In this document: piece after piece, positions 1 through 8,162 of the stretch | Position numbering within the stretch: the first letter of the stretch is position 1 | Layout of the letters: each line of letters opens with the position of its first letter | IMG/VR virus record: IMGVR_UViG_3300048575_000412 | Coordinates: 1 to 50,102 of that record | Reading direction: 5' to 3' (one strand) | Source of the DNA: a virus | Taxonomy: Duplodnaviria > Caudoviricetes | DNA length: 50,102 nt | Position numbers and translations under genes: made by a program | Notes under the pieces: generated by a model | Seen by the model: the letters and a program-made list of their open reading frames with translations, nothing else | Databases searched by the model: none | Told to the model about the DNA's origin: nothing

Positions 1-4
1 GGTC

Positions 5-679
5 TCAAGCCTCGTCGATGTTTTTGGGGATGACGGTGAAGGTGTAGGCGGCCACCCACGGGTTCGCGTCCCAAGCTCCGGGGCCGTTGATCCGGTCCCA
101 AAGGTCCCGATACCAATCCGTCGCGCCGGGAAACCACCTGCCGTCCTGACAAGATGCGGCGAGATCATCCGCAAATCGGTTGAAGGTGTTGCCGTGCCAG
201 ACACCCTCGTCGGAAGCATCTGCCTCGCTGATGTTTTGCAGCCGCTCAACGCGGACGTCGGTGACGATCAGAGTGAGACGTGACGCCCAACGGGGCATGT
301 GCATGCCCTGGCGGAATCGGCCTTCGTGGAAGTGGTCGAAGGACTTGAGCTTGTTGTCGACGAAACCGTCGGCCTCATACCTGATGCGGGTGTCCGCCGC
401 CTTCATTTGCGATGGCCGCAGGTCATCAAAAGCCAAGGTGGTGCGCCAATGCTCGCGGACATAGAGGCGGTCGCCTGGCTTTGGTTTCCGGTGCAAGTCA
501 AGAAGGGCGCGATCAGTTATGACGATGCGACCGCCGACTACGCCGCTTGCATTCCAATATCCAGACCGGCTTTCGAGCTGGTAAGGCTGCGGATTGAGCG
601 CGCGCCGCGTCTGCGTCTTCCGACCGCCCAACAGGGCACGCACCATTGGGGCCGAAAACGGTATTGGGCGGTCGGTCAT
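5..679 (-). CDS. Conserved phage protein, ASCH/PUA-like
   Basis: N-terminal PIPFSAPMVRALLGGRKTQTRR, GDRLYVRE, HMPRWASRLTL, WDANPWV are typical of this phage family. Confidence 0.7.
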   Translation of the reverse strand: MTDRPIPFSAPMVRALLGGRKTQTRRALNPQPYQLESRSGYWNASGVVGGRIVITDRALLDLHRKPKPGDRLYVREHWRTTLAFDDLRPSQMKAADTRIRYEADGFVDNKLKSFDHFHEGRFRQGMHMPRWASRLTLIVTDVRVERLQNISEADASDEGVWHGNTFNRFADDLAASCQDGRWFPGATDWYRDLWDRINGPGAWDANPWVAAYTFTVIPKNIDEA

Positions 680-701
680 GGCTGAAGTCCTCTCTCTGGC
701 G

Positions 702-1694
702 TCAGAGCGCGCCGTTGGCCGGCGCCATTTCCGGCTTGCCGCGATAGCAGGGCAGGCCGGTTGCCATGGCGGCGCGGGCGAGGTCTTCCTCGATCTGGCC
801 GGTGATGACGACGTCGGGGCGGTGGAGCTTGAAGAACCACTTGATCGTGCCGCCGGCGGCGCGATAGCGCAGGCGCACCGGAATGCGCGTCGCCGTGCCC
901 ATGAAGAAGGGCGGGATGTTGAGGATGAAGAGGCCGGGCACCGTGATGCGGTTGCCCGCGGCGTCCTTGTGCTCCTCGTCCCAGGTGATCTGCCCTTCGC
1001 CGCTCTGGAGAACGACGCTGTTCTTCACCCGGCTCTCGACATGGATCTGCAGGCCGCGCGACAGCGCCACCATCTCGTTGGGCGCCGCGACCTTGAGGCC
1101 GAAGGTTTCGAGATAGTGATCGACCTCGCGCGCGTCGGGGGCGGCGAGTTCCGGCAGGTGATCCTCGATCCACTCGGCGAAATCGCCCTGGTCCATGGGC
1201 TTGCCGTCCTGGGCGATCCAGGCCTTCCATTCCTCGGAAAGCGGAAAGGGATAGTGGACGCGGTGCTTGCCGTTGTCGGCCCGGCCCCCGGAGGCGTCGA
1301 CGTGATAGTCGACGATGGTGGTCAGCGAAGGCTCGCGCCAGTCGGTATCGGCGAAGATGACGCTGTCCGCCGTCTTGTGGCGGTTGGTGAGGTCAATGAG
1401 GCTGTCGAGAGTGTAGACCGTCGCCGTGCCCTTCTTGCGCTCAGGGCTGACGCGATATTCTTCGATCAGACTGCGGATAGAGGACGCCTTGCCGCTCTTG
1501 CGGTCGATCAGGATCGGAATTTCCCCGGGCAGGCTGTCGTGGCTTGGGTAGATGGTCACGAGCTCGGTGCCGGCATCGTCGGCGAGGCGGCGGACGGCCT
1601 CGATGTCGATCGGCGCGCCGGAGACGAGGCTGGTGGTGGAGAGTAGCGCTTCGCCGTCCGGCGCGGTGTTGGTGGTCTTCGCGGTCATGTCCAT
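702..1694 (-). CDS. DUF2303 (YfdQ-like) protein
   Basis: 330 aa with IVDYH...HRVHYPFPLSEEWKAW, MDQGDFAEWIED, IPPFF and RLRYR motifs; RBS GGAAGG/AAGGA-like upstream. Confidence 0.8.
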   Translation of the reverse strand: MDMTAKTTNTAPDGEALLSTTSLVSGAPIDIEAVRRLADDAGTELVTIYPSHDSLPGEIPILIDRKSGKASSIRSLIEEYRVSPERKKGTATVYTLDSLIDLTNRHKTADSVIFADTDWREPSLTTIVDYHVDASGGRADNGKHRVHYPFPLSEEWKAWIAQDGKPMDQGDFAEWIEDHLPELAAPDAREVDHYLETFGLKVAAPNEMVALSRGLQIHVESRVKNSVVLQSGEGQITWDEEHKDAAGNRITVPGLFILNIPPFFMGTATRIPVRLRYRAAGGTIKWFFKLHRPDVVITGQIEEDLARAAMATGLPCYRGKPEMAPANGAL

Positions 1695-1721
1695 GGTCCT
1701 TTCTGGAGGGTGAGGCGGGGA

Positions 1722-2063
1722 TTACTGGCGCGGCGTTTCGATGGCCCGGGGGCCGCCGAACATGTCGCGCTGGTTGGGATGTTCGGTGGAAAGACCGCCG
1801 TCCTCGGTGACCCAGAAGACGTCGGCGCGGCGCGGGCGTTTCGGCACGGTGGTCGAAATGTCGTTGTTGATGGTCGCCATGTTGTTCTGCACCGAGAACT
1901 TCATCTTCAGCGTCAGGGAGCCCTTGAAGGTGCCCTTGGGTGCCTCGTCGGACATGGCATAGAGTTCGCGCAGGACCTCGGCGATCTTGGTCGAGAGATC
2001 GGCCTTGAGTTCGCCCTGCTCGAGAACGCCGACCAGCATGTCGGCCTCGCGGATAATCTTCAT
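1722..2063 (-). CDS. YfdP-like small protein (usual DUF2303 partner)
   Basis: KGSLTLK...FWVTEDGGLSTEHPNQ pattern; AAGGAG RBS; directly upstream of DUF2303. Confidence 0.65.
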   Translation of the reverse strand: MKIIREADMLVGVLEQGELKADLSTKIAEVLRELYAMSDEAPKGTFKGSLTLKMKFSVQNNMATINNDISTTVPKRPRRADVFWVTEDGGLSTEHPNQRDMFGGPRAIETPRQ

Positions 2064-2158
2064 GGTGTGGCTCCTTTTTTTGTCCTCACGGACTGTTGGT
2101 CCTCCGGACGGGGCGCGGAACGATCCGCGACGGCCGTTCGGCCTGTAGGCTTGCGTCG

Positions 2159-2635
2159 TCAGAAGGGAATGTCGTCGTCGAGGTCGCGCGAAAAACTGCC
2201 GGTCGAGGCAGCGCCCGTGGGCGCGCGGCTACCCTCCCGGCCGTAGTCCTCCGGACCGCCGGCGGGTGGCGGGCGGTTGCCGCCAGACGAGCCGAGCAGC
2301 GTCAGGTTGGCGTTAAAGCCCTGCAGGACGACCTCGGTCGAGTAGAGGTCCTGTCCCGCCTGGTCCTGCCATTTGCGGGTCTGGAGCTGGCCCTCGACAT
2401 AGACCGGCGAGCCCTTCTTCAGGTACTGCTCGACCACCTTGGCGAGGCCTTCGGAAAAGACGGTGATCGAGTGCCACTCGGTCCTTTCCTTGCGCTCGCC
2501 GGTGTTCTTGTCGCGCCAGCTTTCGGAGGTGGCGAGGCGAAAACTGGCGATCGGTCGGCCGTCCTGGGTGCGGCGGATTTCGGGGTCGGCGCCGAGATGG
2601 CCGATCAGGATGACCTTGTTGACGGAACCGGCCAT
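2159..2635 (-). CDS. ssb: Single-stranded DNA-binding protein
   Basis: [19 protein letters not shown]...TEWH...[12 protein letters not shown], acidic tail DDDIPF. Confidence 0.98.
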   Translation of the reverse strand: MAGSVNKVILIGHLGADPEIRRTQDGRPIASFRLATSESWRDKNTGERKERTEWHSITVFSEGLAKVVEQYLKKGSPVYVEGQLQTRKWQDQAGQDLYSTEVVLQGFNANLTLLGSSGGNRPPPAGGPEDYGREGSRAPTGAASTGSFSRDLDDDIPF

Positions 2636-3621
2636 TACCTGGCCTCCTCTCGTTGGGGAGTGGTGGGGAAGGCGTTATGTTCGACGCCATCGAGCAGGCG
2701 GCCGGCGTCGCTCTTCTTGACGCGACGCATGATGTGGAAGCGCTCGCCGTGAAAGCCAGTCCCGCCGGCAAGGTTCAGCCAGGCGATACCCTTGCGGGCC
2801 TGGTTGAATTCGCCGGAGTAGTCGGCGCGCCAGTCCGGATCTTCGCGGTCGCGGTCGAGCGCAGCGATCCAGTTGCCCCACTGCTTGAACAGGTAAGGGA
2901 TGCCGTAGGCGGCGCAGAAGTCGCGCGCGGCGCGGTGCCAGTCCGGATGGCTGGGCCGAACATCAGGCCCACTTTCTCCGCCTGACACCAGCCATTTGAG
3001 GAATTCCCAGCCGCGCCAGTCGATCGGACCAAGCGCGGGTTCGTAGGATACCCACGTCGTCCAGCCTTCGGCGGCAAGACAGGCCAGCATGTCGCGACGC
3101 TCGTTGGCGCGGCGTTGGTCCTCGACAGAGACGCCGAGCCAGAGATTTTGAAGGGGCCAGCTCTGGACCTCTCGCGGCGCGCCGGAGAAACCCGACCAGT
3201 TGACATAGATGTCTTCCAACAGGTCGGACTGGCTCATGAAGTCGAACATGCGTTCGGCCCGCTTGGTCAACACCTGGAAAGTGTGGTGCGGATTGCACGC
3301 GATGACGGTAAGTACGTCGATGATCCACTCGTCGGGAACGTTCTCGGCGAACAGATCGCCATGCGCGCAGACGAAGATTTTTCTCGGTCTCGTCCACTGA
3401 GACGGCTGGTGAAGCCACTGGCGGTTCAGGCGGACTTCGCCGGTCCAGACGTGCTTGCCGTTGACCTGCTTGGTCAGGCCCTTGCGGCTCGGAAGGTTCT
3501 TGAGGCGGGTACCGGCGAGGGCCATCGCATAGCAGTTCGTGCAGGCCGGGGAGACGATGGAACAACCGGTGATCGGGTTCCAGGTTGCGTCTGCCCATTC
3601 GATATCGGTGTGGTCAGCCAT
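2635..3621 (-). CDS. DUF5131 (phage Gp37/Gp68) radical-SAM-like protein
   Basis: Start trimmed to MADHTDIEW; [55 protein letters not shown]. Confidence 0.9.
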   Translation of the reverse strand: MADHTDIEWADATWNPITGCSIVSPACTNCYAMALAGTRLKNLPSRKGLTKQVNGKHVWTGEVRLNRQWLHQPSQWTRPRKIFVCAHGDLFAENVPDEWIIDVLTVIACNPHHTFQVLTKRAERMFDFMSQSDLLEDIYVNWSGFSGAPREVQSWPLQNLWLGVSVEDQRRANERRDMLACLAAEGWTTWVSYEPALGPIDWRGWEFLKWLVSGGESGPDVRPSHPDWHRAARDFCAAYGIPYLFKQWGNWIAALDRDREDPDWRADYSGEFNQARKGIAWLNLAGGTGFHGERFHIMRRVKKSDAGRLLDGVEHNAFPTTPQREEAR

Positions 3622-3793
3622 GGACCTTCTCCCGATTGAGCTTGACCTTGTCGATCTCGCCGGGGCGGGCACATTTGCGCGCCTCGTCGGCGGTTTCGGC
3701 GTGCACGGCCTGAATGGTCCCGTCCTTGAAATGGACGCGGAAGGGCAGGGCCGTTTCGGGGGCATGGATGCGCCGGGAAGGGCGGTTAGCCAT
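3614..3793 (-). CDS. Hypothetical phage protein (59 aa)
   Basis: MANRPSRRIHAPE...; overlaps both neighbours by 8 nt, fits operon packing. Confidence 0.55.
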   Translation of the reverse strand: MANRPSRRIHAPETALPFRVHFKDGTIQAVHAETADEARKCARPGEIDKVKLNREKVHG

Positions 3794-4130
3794 GGGCCTT
3801 GCCTCCCAGCAGCGCTGTGGTGCCGTCGACCAGCGCGAGGTAGGCGATGGCGAGGCGCAGCGCGGCTGCGGGTTCGGTGAGCGCGCGCGGGTTGCCCTCG
3901 ATAATGGCGGTGGCCAGCAGTTCGGCGCCGTCGAAATCGATCGGGCCGGCAAGGAGCTTGCCACCGGCATCGAGCAGGACGGCCGCACCCGCGCCATAGG
4001 TCGCCAGGCGGGCGTCGCCCATCTTCGTCGTGCCATCGCGGATCTCTCCGGGCGCGGCCGTGGCAAACATCGCGTGACCGTTGGAAAAGGTTCGTTCCGG
4101 CGCTGGGCAAAGAACAAGGTCGGGTTTCAT
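3786..4130 (-). CDS. Hypothetical phage protein (114 aa)
   Basis: MKPDLVLCPAPERT...; starts 2 nt after the HD gene stop with GAGG RBS. Confidence 0.6.
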   Translation of the reverse strand: MKPDLVLCPAPERTFSNGHAMFATAAPGEIRDGTTKMGDARLATYGAGAAVLLDAGGKLLAGPIDFDGAELLATAIIEGNPRALTEPAAALRLAIAYLALVDGTTALLGGKAHG

Positions 4131-4132
4131 GA

Positions 4133-4849
4133 TCAGCCTCGCTTGGCGGTTTTGGGAGCGCTTGCGGCCACATGGGCGCGGTGGGCGGCCTGGACGTCGC
4201 AGAAGAGCTGGTAGCCGCGCAGCTTCTTGAAGAGCGCGGTGAAGCGCTCCTCGGCGAGCATCGGCCCCCAGATCTTGAGCGAGGCCCAGGGCAGGGGTTT
4301 CAGCGCCTTCTGGGTCTTCACCCATTCGCCGGCTTGTCGACCGAACAGCGCCTGCGCTTCGGCATGGAGCATGCGCTGGTCCATCTGGTGGACGGTCATG
4401 CGCTGGCGATTGGTCCAGGCCGAGGGCGGCGGCAGACGCGCTGCCGTATAGATCGCCTCGTCCCATCCGGCCTTGATGTCGGCGATCGCCAGATGCAGGG
4501 CCTGGCCCATGGCCGCGCCGTGGCGATAGGCCAGAACGGCGGCCAGCAGAGACTGGAAAGGCCGCGTCTTGTCGCCAATCAGGAACTCATGGCCGTCATG
4601 CAGCAGGAAGAGCGCGGCCGTCAGTTCGTCCTCGCCCTCGGCCAGCAGCGTCTCCGCGCCCATGACGCAATGCTGCGCCACGGAAAACGCGCCATCCTTG
4701 GGCGCGCCGCTGAAACGGGCAATGCGCGAAAGCCGCCCGGCCATCACGGCAAAATCGACCTCGGCCGGTAGCGGACGCGCGAGATCCATCAGACTGCCAT
4801 CCGTGCGGAAACAATCGATCGAGGCGGTTGAGAGCGGGCGGATGGTCAT
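4133..4849 (-). CDS. HD-domain phosphohydrolase (YfdR/YfbR-like)
   Basis: RLSRIARFSG...FSVAQHC...LLHDGHE.LIGD.TRP HD signature; ATGA overlap with upstream gene. Confidence 0.85.
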   Translation of the reverse strand: MTIRPLSTASIDCFRTDGSLMDLARPLPAEVDFAVMAGRLSRIARFSGAPKDGAFSVAQHCVMGAETLLAEGEDELTAALFLLHDGHEFLIGDKTRPFQSLLAAVLAYRHGAAMGQALHLAIADIKAGWDEAIYTAARLPPPSAWTNRQRMTVHQMDQRMLHAEAQALFGRQAGEWVKTQKALKPLPWASLKIWGPMLAEERFTALFKKLRGYQLFCDVQAAHRAHVAASAPKTAKRG

Positions 4850-5571
4850 GCTTTGTCCTCGCGGTAGAAGATGACGTCCGGCACATAGCCGCACTCGGCG
4901 GCGAGGTGCCGCATGGGGATGTTGTTGCCGAAGGTGCCGAACTTGAGGGGCTTGCCGTAGACGTTCGCAACGGCCTGGCGAACGCAGGAGACGAGGTGCC
5001 GGCCAAGCCCGGACCGCCGGAACTGCGGCTCGACATAGAGCAGGTAGAGCCAGACGAAGTCTTCGCCCTCAACTTCGTGATAGACGGCCATGCCGTGGGT
5101 CTTGCCCTCCGCATCCCGGGCAAAGATGCCAACGCTGTTTTCGGTGGGCGGCGTGCTGTCTTCGTTGGTAAAGCCTTCGGCGACCATGCGCTTCCAATAG
5201 TCCACCGCTTCGGTCAGGCTGCGCCCGGAAAGAAGCCCGACTTCGTAGGTGAGGCCGGCATTCGGCGAGCAGGTGGTGAAGGCTTTGGCCTTGGGCGAAA
5301 GCCCGAGGGATTTTGCCATGTGACGGTCGCGATATTCGGCCCAGCCCGGATAGGACACCTCCATGATCGCCGCAAAATCGGTGTGATGACCGAGCAGAAT
5401 CTGGCGTAAGAATTTGCGAGCGTAGAAGTGCGACAGTTCGTCGAGTGCGAAGCCGATCGCGGCGGACAGCTCGGCCGCCTCGGCGCGGTCTGCGGCGGCG
5501 CCGCCGCGCACCAGAAGCAGGATGCCGAGGCCGACATTGACGGCCAGCGAGAGGATGAGGAGCGCGCCCAT
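4846..5571 (-). CDS. GNAT acetyltransferase with N-terminal membrane anchor
   Basis: Hydrophobic N-terminus LLILSLAVNVGLGILLLV; C-terminal LYVEPQFRRSGLGRHLV (acetyl-CoA motif A) and NNIPMRHLAAECGY. Confidence 0.8.
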   Translation of the reverse strand: MGALLILSLAVNVGLGILLLVRGGAAADRAEAAELSAAIGFALDELSHFYARKFLRQILLGHHTDFAAIMEVSYPGWAEYRDRHMAKSLGLSPKAKAFTTCSPNAGLTYEVGLLSGRSLTEAVDYWKRMVAEGFTNEDSTPPTENSVGIFARDAEGKTHGMAVYHEVEGEDFVWLYLLYVEPQFRRSGLGRHLVSCVRQAVANVYGKPLKFGTFGNNIPMRHLAAECGYVPDVIFYREDKA

Positions 5572-5573
5572 CG

Positions 5574-6182
5574 TCAGACCCTCGCCGCCACTTCCTGCGC
5601 CCGGTTCCAGTCCGACAGCGCATCCATGGTCATCCATGCGGCTGTGCTGACGGAGAGGAAGGCGGCGAGCGCCAGAAGGGCGAGGGTGAGGTCGGGATGG
5701 CGCGCCGACCACCGGGGAGGGACGGCGATCGGCGCCGGCACGCGCGCGCCGAACGGGGTCAGGTGGTCCGCTTGCGCGGCCGCCGGTTCGGCGTCATGCT
5801 GCGTGCGGGGATTGAAGGAAGGGGAACTGCAATGTTCAGACGTGCCGCCATCGTCGCAGTCGTCATCACGGAATTTGTATCGCCCGCTCTGGCCGATGAA
5901 GAAGGCAAGCGAAACGCCATGCACCACATTGCCAGCGTGCTCGCAGTCACCAAACTCTGCCCGAGCGTCGAGGCCAACATCACCAACCTGACGCTGGTCG
6001 GGGTCAGCCAGGGCATCGAAGTTGGTCCCGATGGCCCCGATGGCAGGATGATCGCCGCCGACGCCCGCTACCAGATCGAGTCGATGAAGGACACGCCTGT
6101 CGAACAGATCTGCATGTCGGCGCTGCTGCTCTACGGTGAAGGCGGGCTCAACGTTCCTGGACTGCTGCGCGAAAAGTGACAT
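5574..6182 (-). CDS. First ORF of the leftward operon (202 aa); C-terminal TM segment; N-terminal part overlies an antisense cargo gene
   Basis: ATG at 6182 with AGGAGAG RBS; stop 2 nt before next ATG (5571); C-terminus LTLALLALAAFLSVSTAAW looks like a genuine phage membrane peptide. Confidence 0.55.
   Translation of the reverse strand: MSLFAQQSRNVEPAFTVEQQRRHADLFDRRVLHRLDLVAGVGGDHPAIGAIGTNFDALADPDQRQVGDVGLDARAEFGDCEHAGNVVHGVSLAFFIGQSGRYKFRDDDCDDGGTSEHCSSPSFNPRTQHDAEPAAAQADHLTPFGARVPAPIAVPPRWSARHPDLTLALLALAAFLSVSTAAWMTMDALSDWNRAQEVAARV
5832..6179 (+). CDS. Secreted/periplasmic cargo protein (115 aa), antisense to operon
   Basis: AAGGAAGGGG RBS; signal peptide MFRRAAIVAVVITEFVSPALA|DE; two Cys; coding-like third-position bias. 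Confidence 0.75.
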   Translation: MFRRAAIVAVVITEFVSPALADEEGKRNAMHHIASVLAVTKLCPSVEANITNLTLVGVSQGIEVGPDGPDGRMIAADARYQIESMKDTPVEQICMSALLLYGEGGLNVPGLLREK

Positions 6183-6193
6183 GGGGCTCTCTC

Positions 6194-6300
6194 CTGTCGG
6201 TCGTTCCCGCCGGACCCCCGTCGCCGCCGCCAGGAGGCGTTGGCGGCGGCGACGGGCTGGCGGAGAAGTCCCGCTTCGGGATTGGCGGAACGAGCGACAG
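6194..6300 (-). other. Structured 5' leader of the leftward transcript (two adjacent stem-loops)
   Basis: Perfect 16-bp stem 6217-6232/6241-6256 with 8-nt loop; small hairpin TCCCG-N3-CGGGA 6269-6281; imperfect outer pairing 6194-6211/6284-6300. Confidence 0.6.
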
Positions 6301-6348
6301 TGTGCATAACGCACGTCATCCAGTCAACAGATAAAGTGCATAACGCAC
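6299..6348 (-). promoter_or_regulatory. pL-like promoter with two repressor operators
   Basis: TTGACT (6327-6322)-17 nt-CACACT; operators GTGCATAACGCAC at 6302-6314 and 6336-6348. Confidence 0.75.
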
Positions 6349-6414
6349 ATGTTGGGTGTGCGAAAGGCCTTCCCACGCTCTTACGTAGGAATCACGGATC
6401 GACGATGGTGAGAG

Positions 6415-7023
6415 TTAGCGCGGCCTGATCCAGTCGATCGGAGCGGCCCATTCGACCTGCTGGTCTTCAATATCGGGATAGAGCGGGTTCAGGCTCTGTA
6501 GCGTCCAGAGGGAATCGGTGGAGCCGCGGCGAAGGACTTTGACGAAGATCTTGCCATTGGCCAGCTGGACGACGCAGCGGCGGTTGACGAGGGATTCCGG
6601 TGGCATCAGTCTCGAATAGTAGAGGAGCGTACGATCCTCGTATGCCGGGAACATCGAGTCTCCGCTCACCTCGACGGCCACGGTTGTGGGGCTGCAATCC
6701 GCCGGCGCATCGACCGTTTCTTGGCCCCCGTCATCAATGGCATAGACTTCCGCCCCTGCGCCGACACGGCCCTTGAGTGGCACCTCGACGATCTGTCCGG
6801 GGCCTTGTCCTTCGCCGGTCAGGAGCCACGCCTCACTGACGCGCAAGGCCTTCGCATACTTGGCTGCGGCGCGCGATAGCCCGCGCGTGCCGTTCTCATG
6901 CTGCGCATAGGTATCGTAGGACCAGCCGAAGAATTTGGCGGCGGCCTTCGCGTCGTTGAAGCCCCGTTCGATACGGGCCTTCTCCAGGCGTTTTGCGGGT
7001 TCTGGGCGATCATCATAGCTCAT
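6415..7023 (-). CDS. cI: CI-like repressor (XRE HTH + S24 autopeptidase)
   Basis: HTH AAAKFFGWSYDTYAQHENG, WLLTGEG linker, VGAG cleavage site, GDSM serine and FVK lysine of S24; divergent from cro. Confidence 0.93.
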   Translation of the reverse strand: MSYDDRPEPAKRLEKARIERGFNDAKAAAKFFGWSYDTYAQHENGTRGLSRAAAKYAKALRVSEAWLLTGEGQGPGQIVEVPLKGRVGAGAEVYAIDDGGQETVDAPADCSPTTVAVEVSGDSMFPAYEDRTLLYYSRLMPPESLVNRRCVVQLANGKIFVKVLRRGSTDSLWTLQSLNPLYPDIEDQQVEWAAPIDWIRPR

Positions 7024-7026
7024 GGC

Positions 7027-7089
7027 GTGCATTTTGCACAATTTCGGTGTGCGTTTCGACTTGACATTGTCGTGTGCGTTATGCACATC
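7027..7089 (+). promoter_or_regulatory. pR-like promoter with operators
   Basis: TTGACA 7061-7066-17 nt-CACATC; operators GTGCATTTTGCAC 7027-7039 and GTGCGTTATGCAC 7074-7086; same geometry as pL. Confidence 0.78.
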
Positions 7090-7096
7090 ATGGGTC

Positions 7097-7291
7097 ATGC
7101 AAAAGGATATCGACATCAAATTGCTCCGGGAAAAACACGGTTGGACGCAGGATCAACTGGCCGAACAGCTAGGCGTCGATCGTTCCAGCATTTCCCGTAT
7201 GGAGAACGGTGGCCGCGTGCGCGGGCCCGTCCGAAAACTCCTGGAGAAGCTCTCCTTTGGGGAAGCCCTCCAAAGGGAGGCCGCCGAATGA
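7097..7291 (+). CDS. cro: Cro-like XRE HTH regulator
   Basis: IKLLREKHGWTQDQLAEQLGVDRSSISRMENG; divergent from cI. Confidence 0.88.
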   Translation: MQKDIDIKLLREKHGWTQDQLAEQLGVDRSSISRMENGGRVRGPVRKLLEKLSFGEALQREAAE

Positions 7292-7431
7292 TGTCCTGTC
7301 CGTCCTGCTCATGTTGCGGTCCCCCGTGATCTGATGGGCTGATCTTCTCAATTCCGAACCATTCCCGCCACGGGAAACGACGCCGGGTTTTCCCGGCGCG
7401 GGAAAGTTTTTTTGTCTTTGGAGCCAATGCG

Positions 7432-7923
7432 ATGGACGCTTTTCTCTTCCGCCTGAAGGCCGCCCAGTTCGATCTGATCGAAGCCTGCTGCGGCATCGAG
7501 CGCGCCGCTGAAAAATGCGGCTATGGCAAGACGACTGTGGGGCGCTGGAAGGATCGCAATGACCCGACTGTCATGCCGATCCCCGCCGTCGTTGCGCTGG
7601 AGGCCGATTGCGGCCGCGCCTTCGTCACCGCCGTCATGGCGGCCGCCAACAAGCGGCGGCTGACGGATCCGGAGGATGAGAAGGCGCAGCAGGCCGGAAT
7701 CCTGTCGGCCCATGCCGACCTGATGCAGCGCATGGCCGCGCTCGCCGGCGACGTGGCCACCGCCTATTCCGACGGCGTGGTCAGCCCGACGGAAGCCCAC
7801 ATCATCGATCGCGGGGCGTCGGAAGCGGAGCGTTCGCTGTCGGACTTCCGCCAGTCGATCGCGGGCGTCAAGGCCGCCGGCGGCGAGCGTGGCGGGCTGA
7901 AGATCATCGGGGAACACGAATGA
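7432..7923 (+). CDS. CII-family regulatory protein
   Basis: Position after cro; GIERAA...KTTVGRW HTH, DGVVSPTEA motif typical of phage CII family. Confidence 0.7.
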   Translation: MDAFLFRLKAAQFDLIEACCGIERAAEKCGYGKTTVGRWKDRNDPTVMPIPAVVALEADCGRAFVTAVMAAANKRRLTDPEDEKAQQAGILSAHADLMQRMAALAGDVATAYSDGVVSPTEAHIIDRGASEAERSLSDFRQSIAGVKAAGGERGGLKIIGEHE

Positions 7924-8162
7924 TGATCGCGCGCTCGCCGATTGAACCCGATCTTCTGCCGACCCCGGACATGTGTGTCATCGACTGCGACGGCGCGGTT
8001 TTCTCGATCGTCGCGCGCGGCGATGTCAAGGACGTGGCCGCTCTGGTCTCGGTCGAAGGCGCCCGCGACTGGCGCCCGCGCCGCGCCATCATGACCCGGA
8101 CGCTGAGCGATGCCTGGCCGGAGCGCAAGGCGACCGTGGCAAGCAAGGGGAAGCGTCGATGA
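7920..8162 (+). CDS. Hypothetical phage protein
   Basis: ATGA overlaps at both ends. Confidence 0.6.
   Translation: MMIARSPIEPDLLPTPDMCVIDCDGAVFSIVARGDVKDVAALVSVEGARDWRPRRAIMTRTLSDAWPERKATVASKGKRR

Noticed and set aside
3622-4173. N-terminal extension of the 512-aa ORF
   Set aside because: DUF5131 begins at 3621; the extension overlaps two better small genes
4133-4849. DatZ-like Z-genome pathway
   Set aside because: No PurZ or dedicated polymerase in the window; YfdR-like HD genes are common in prophages
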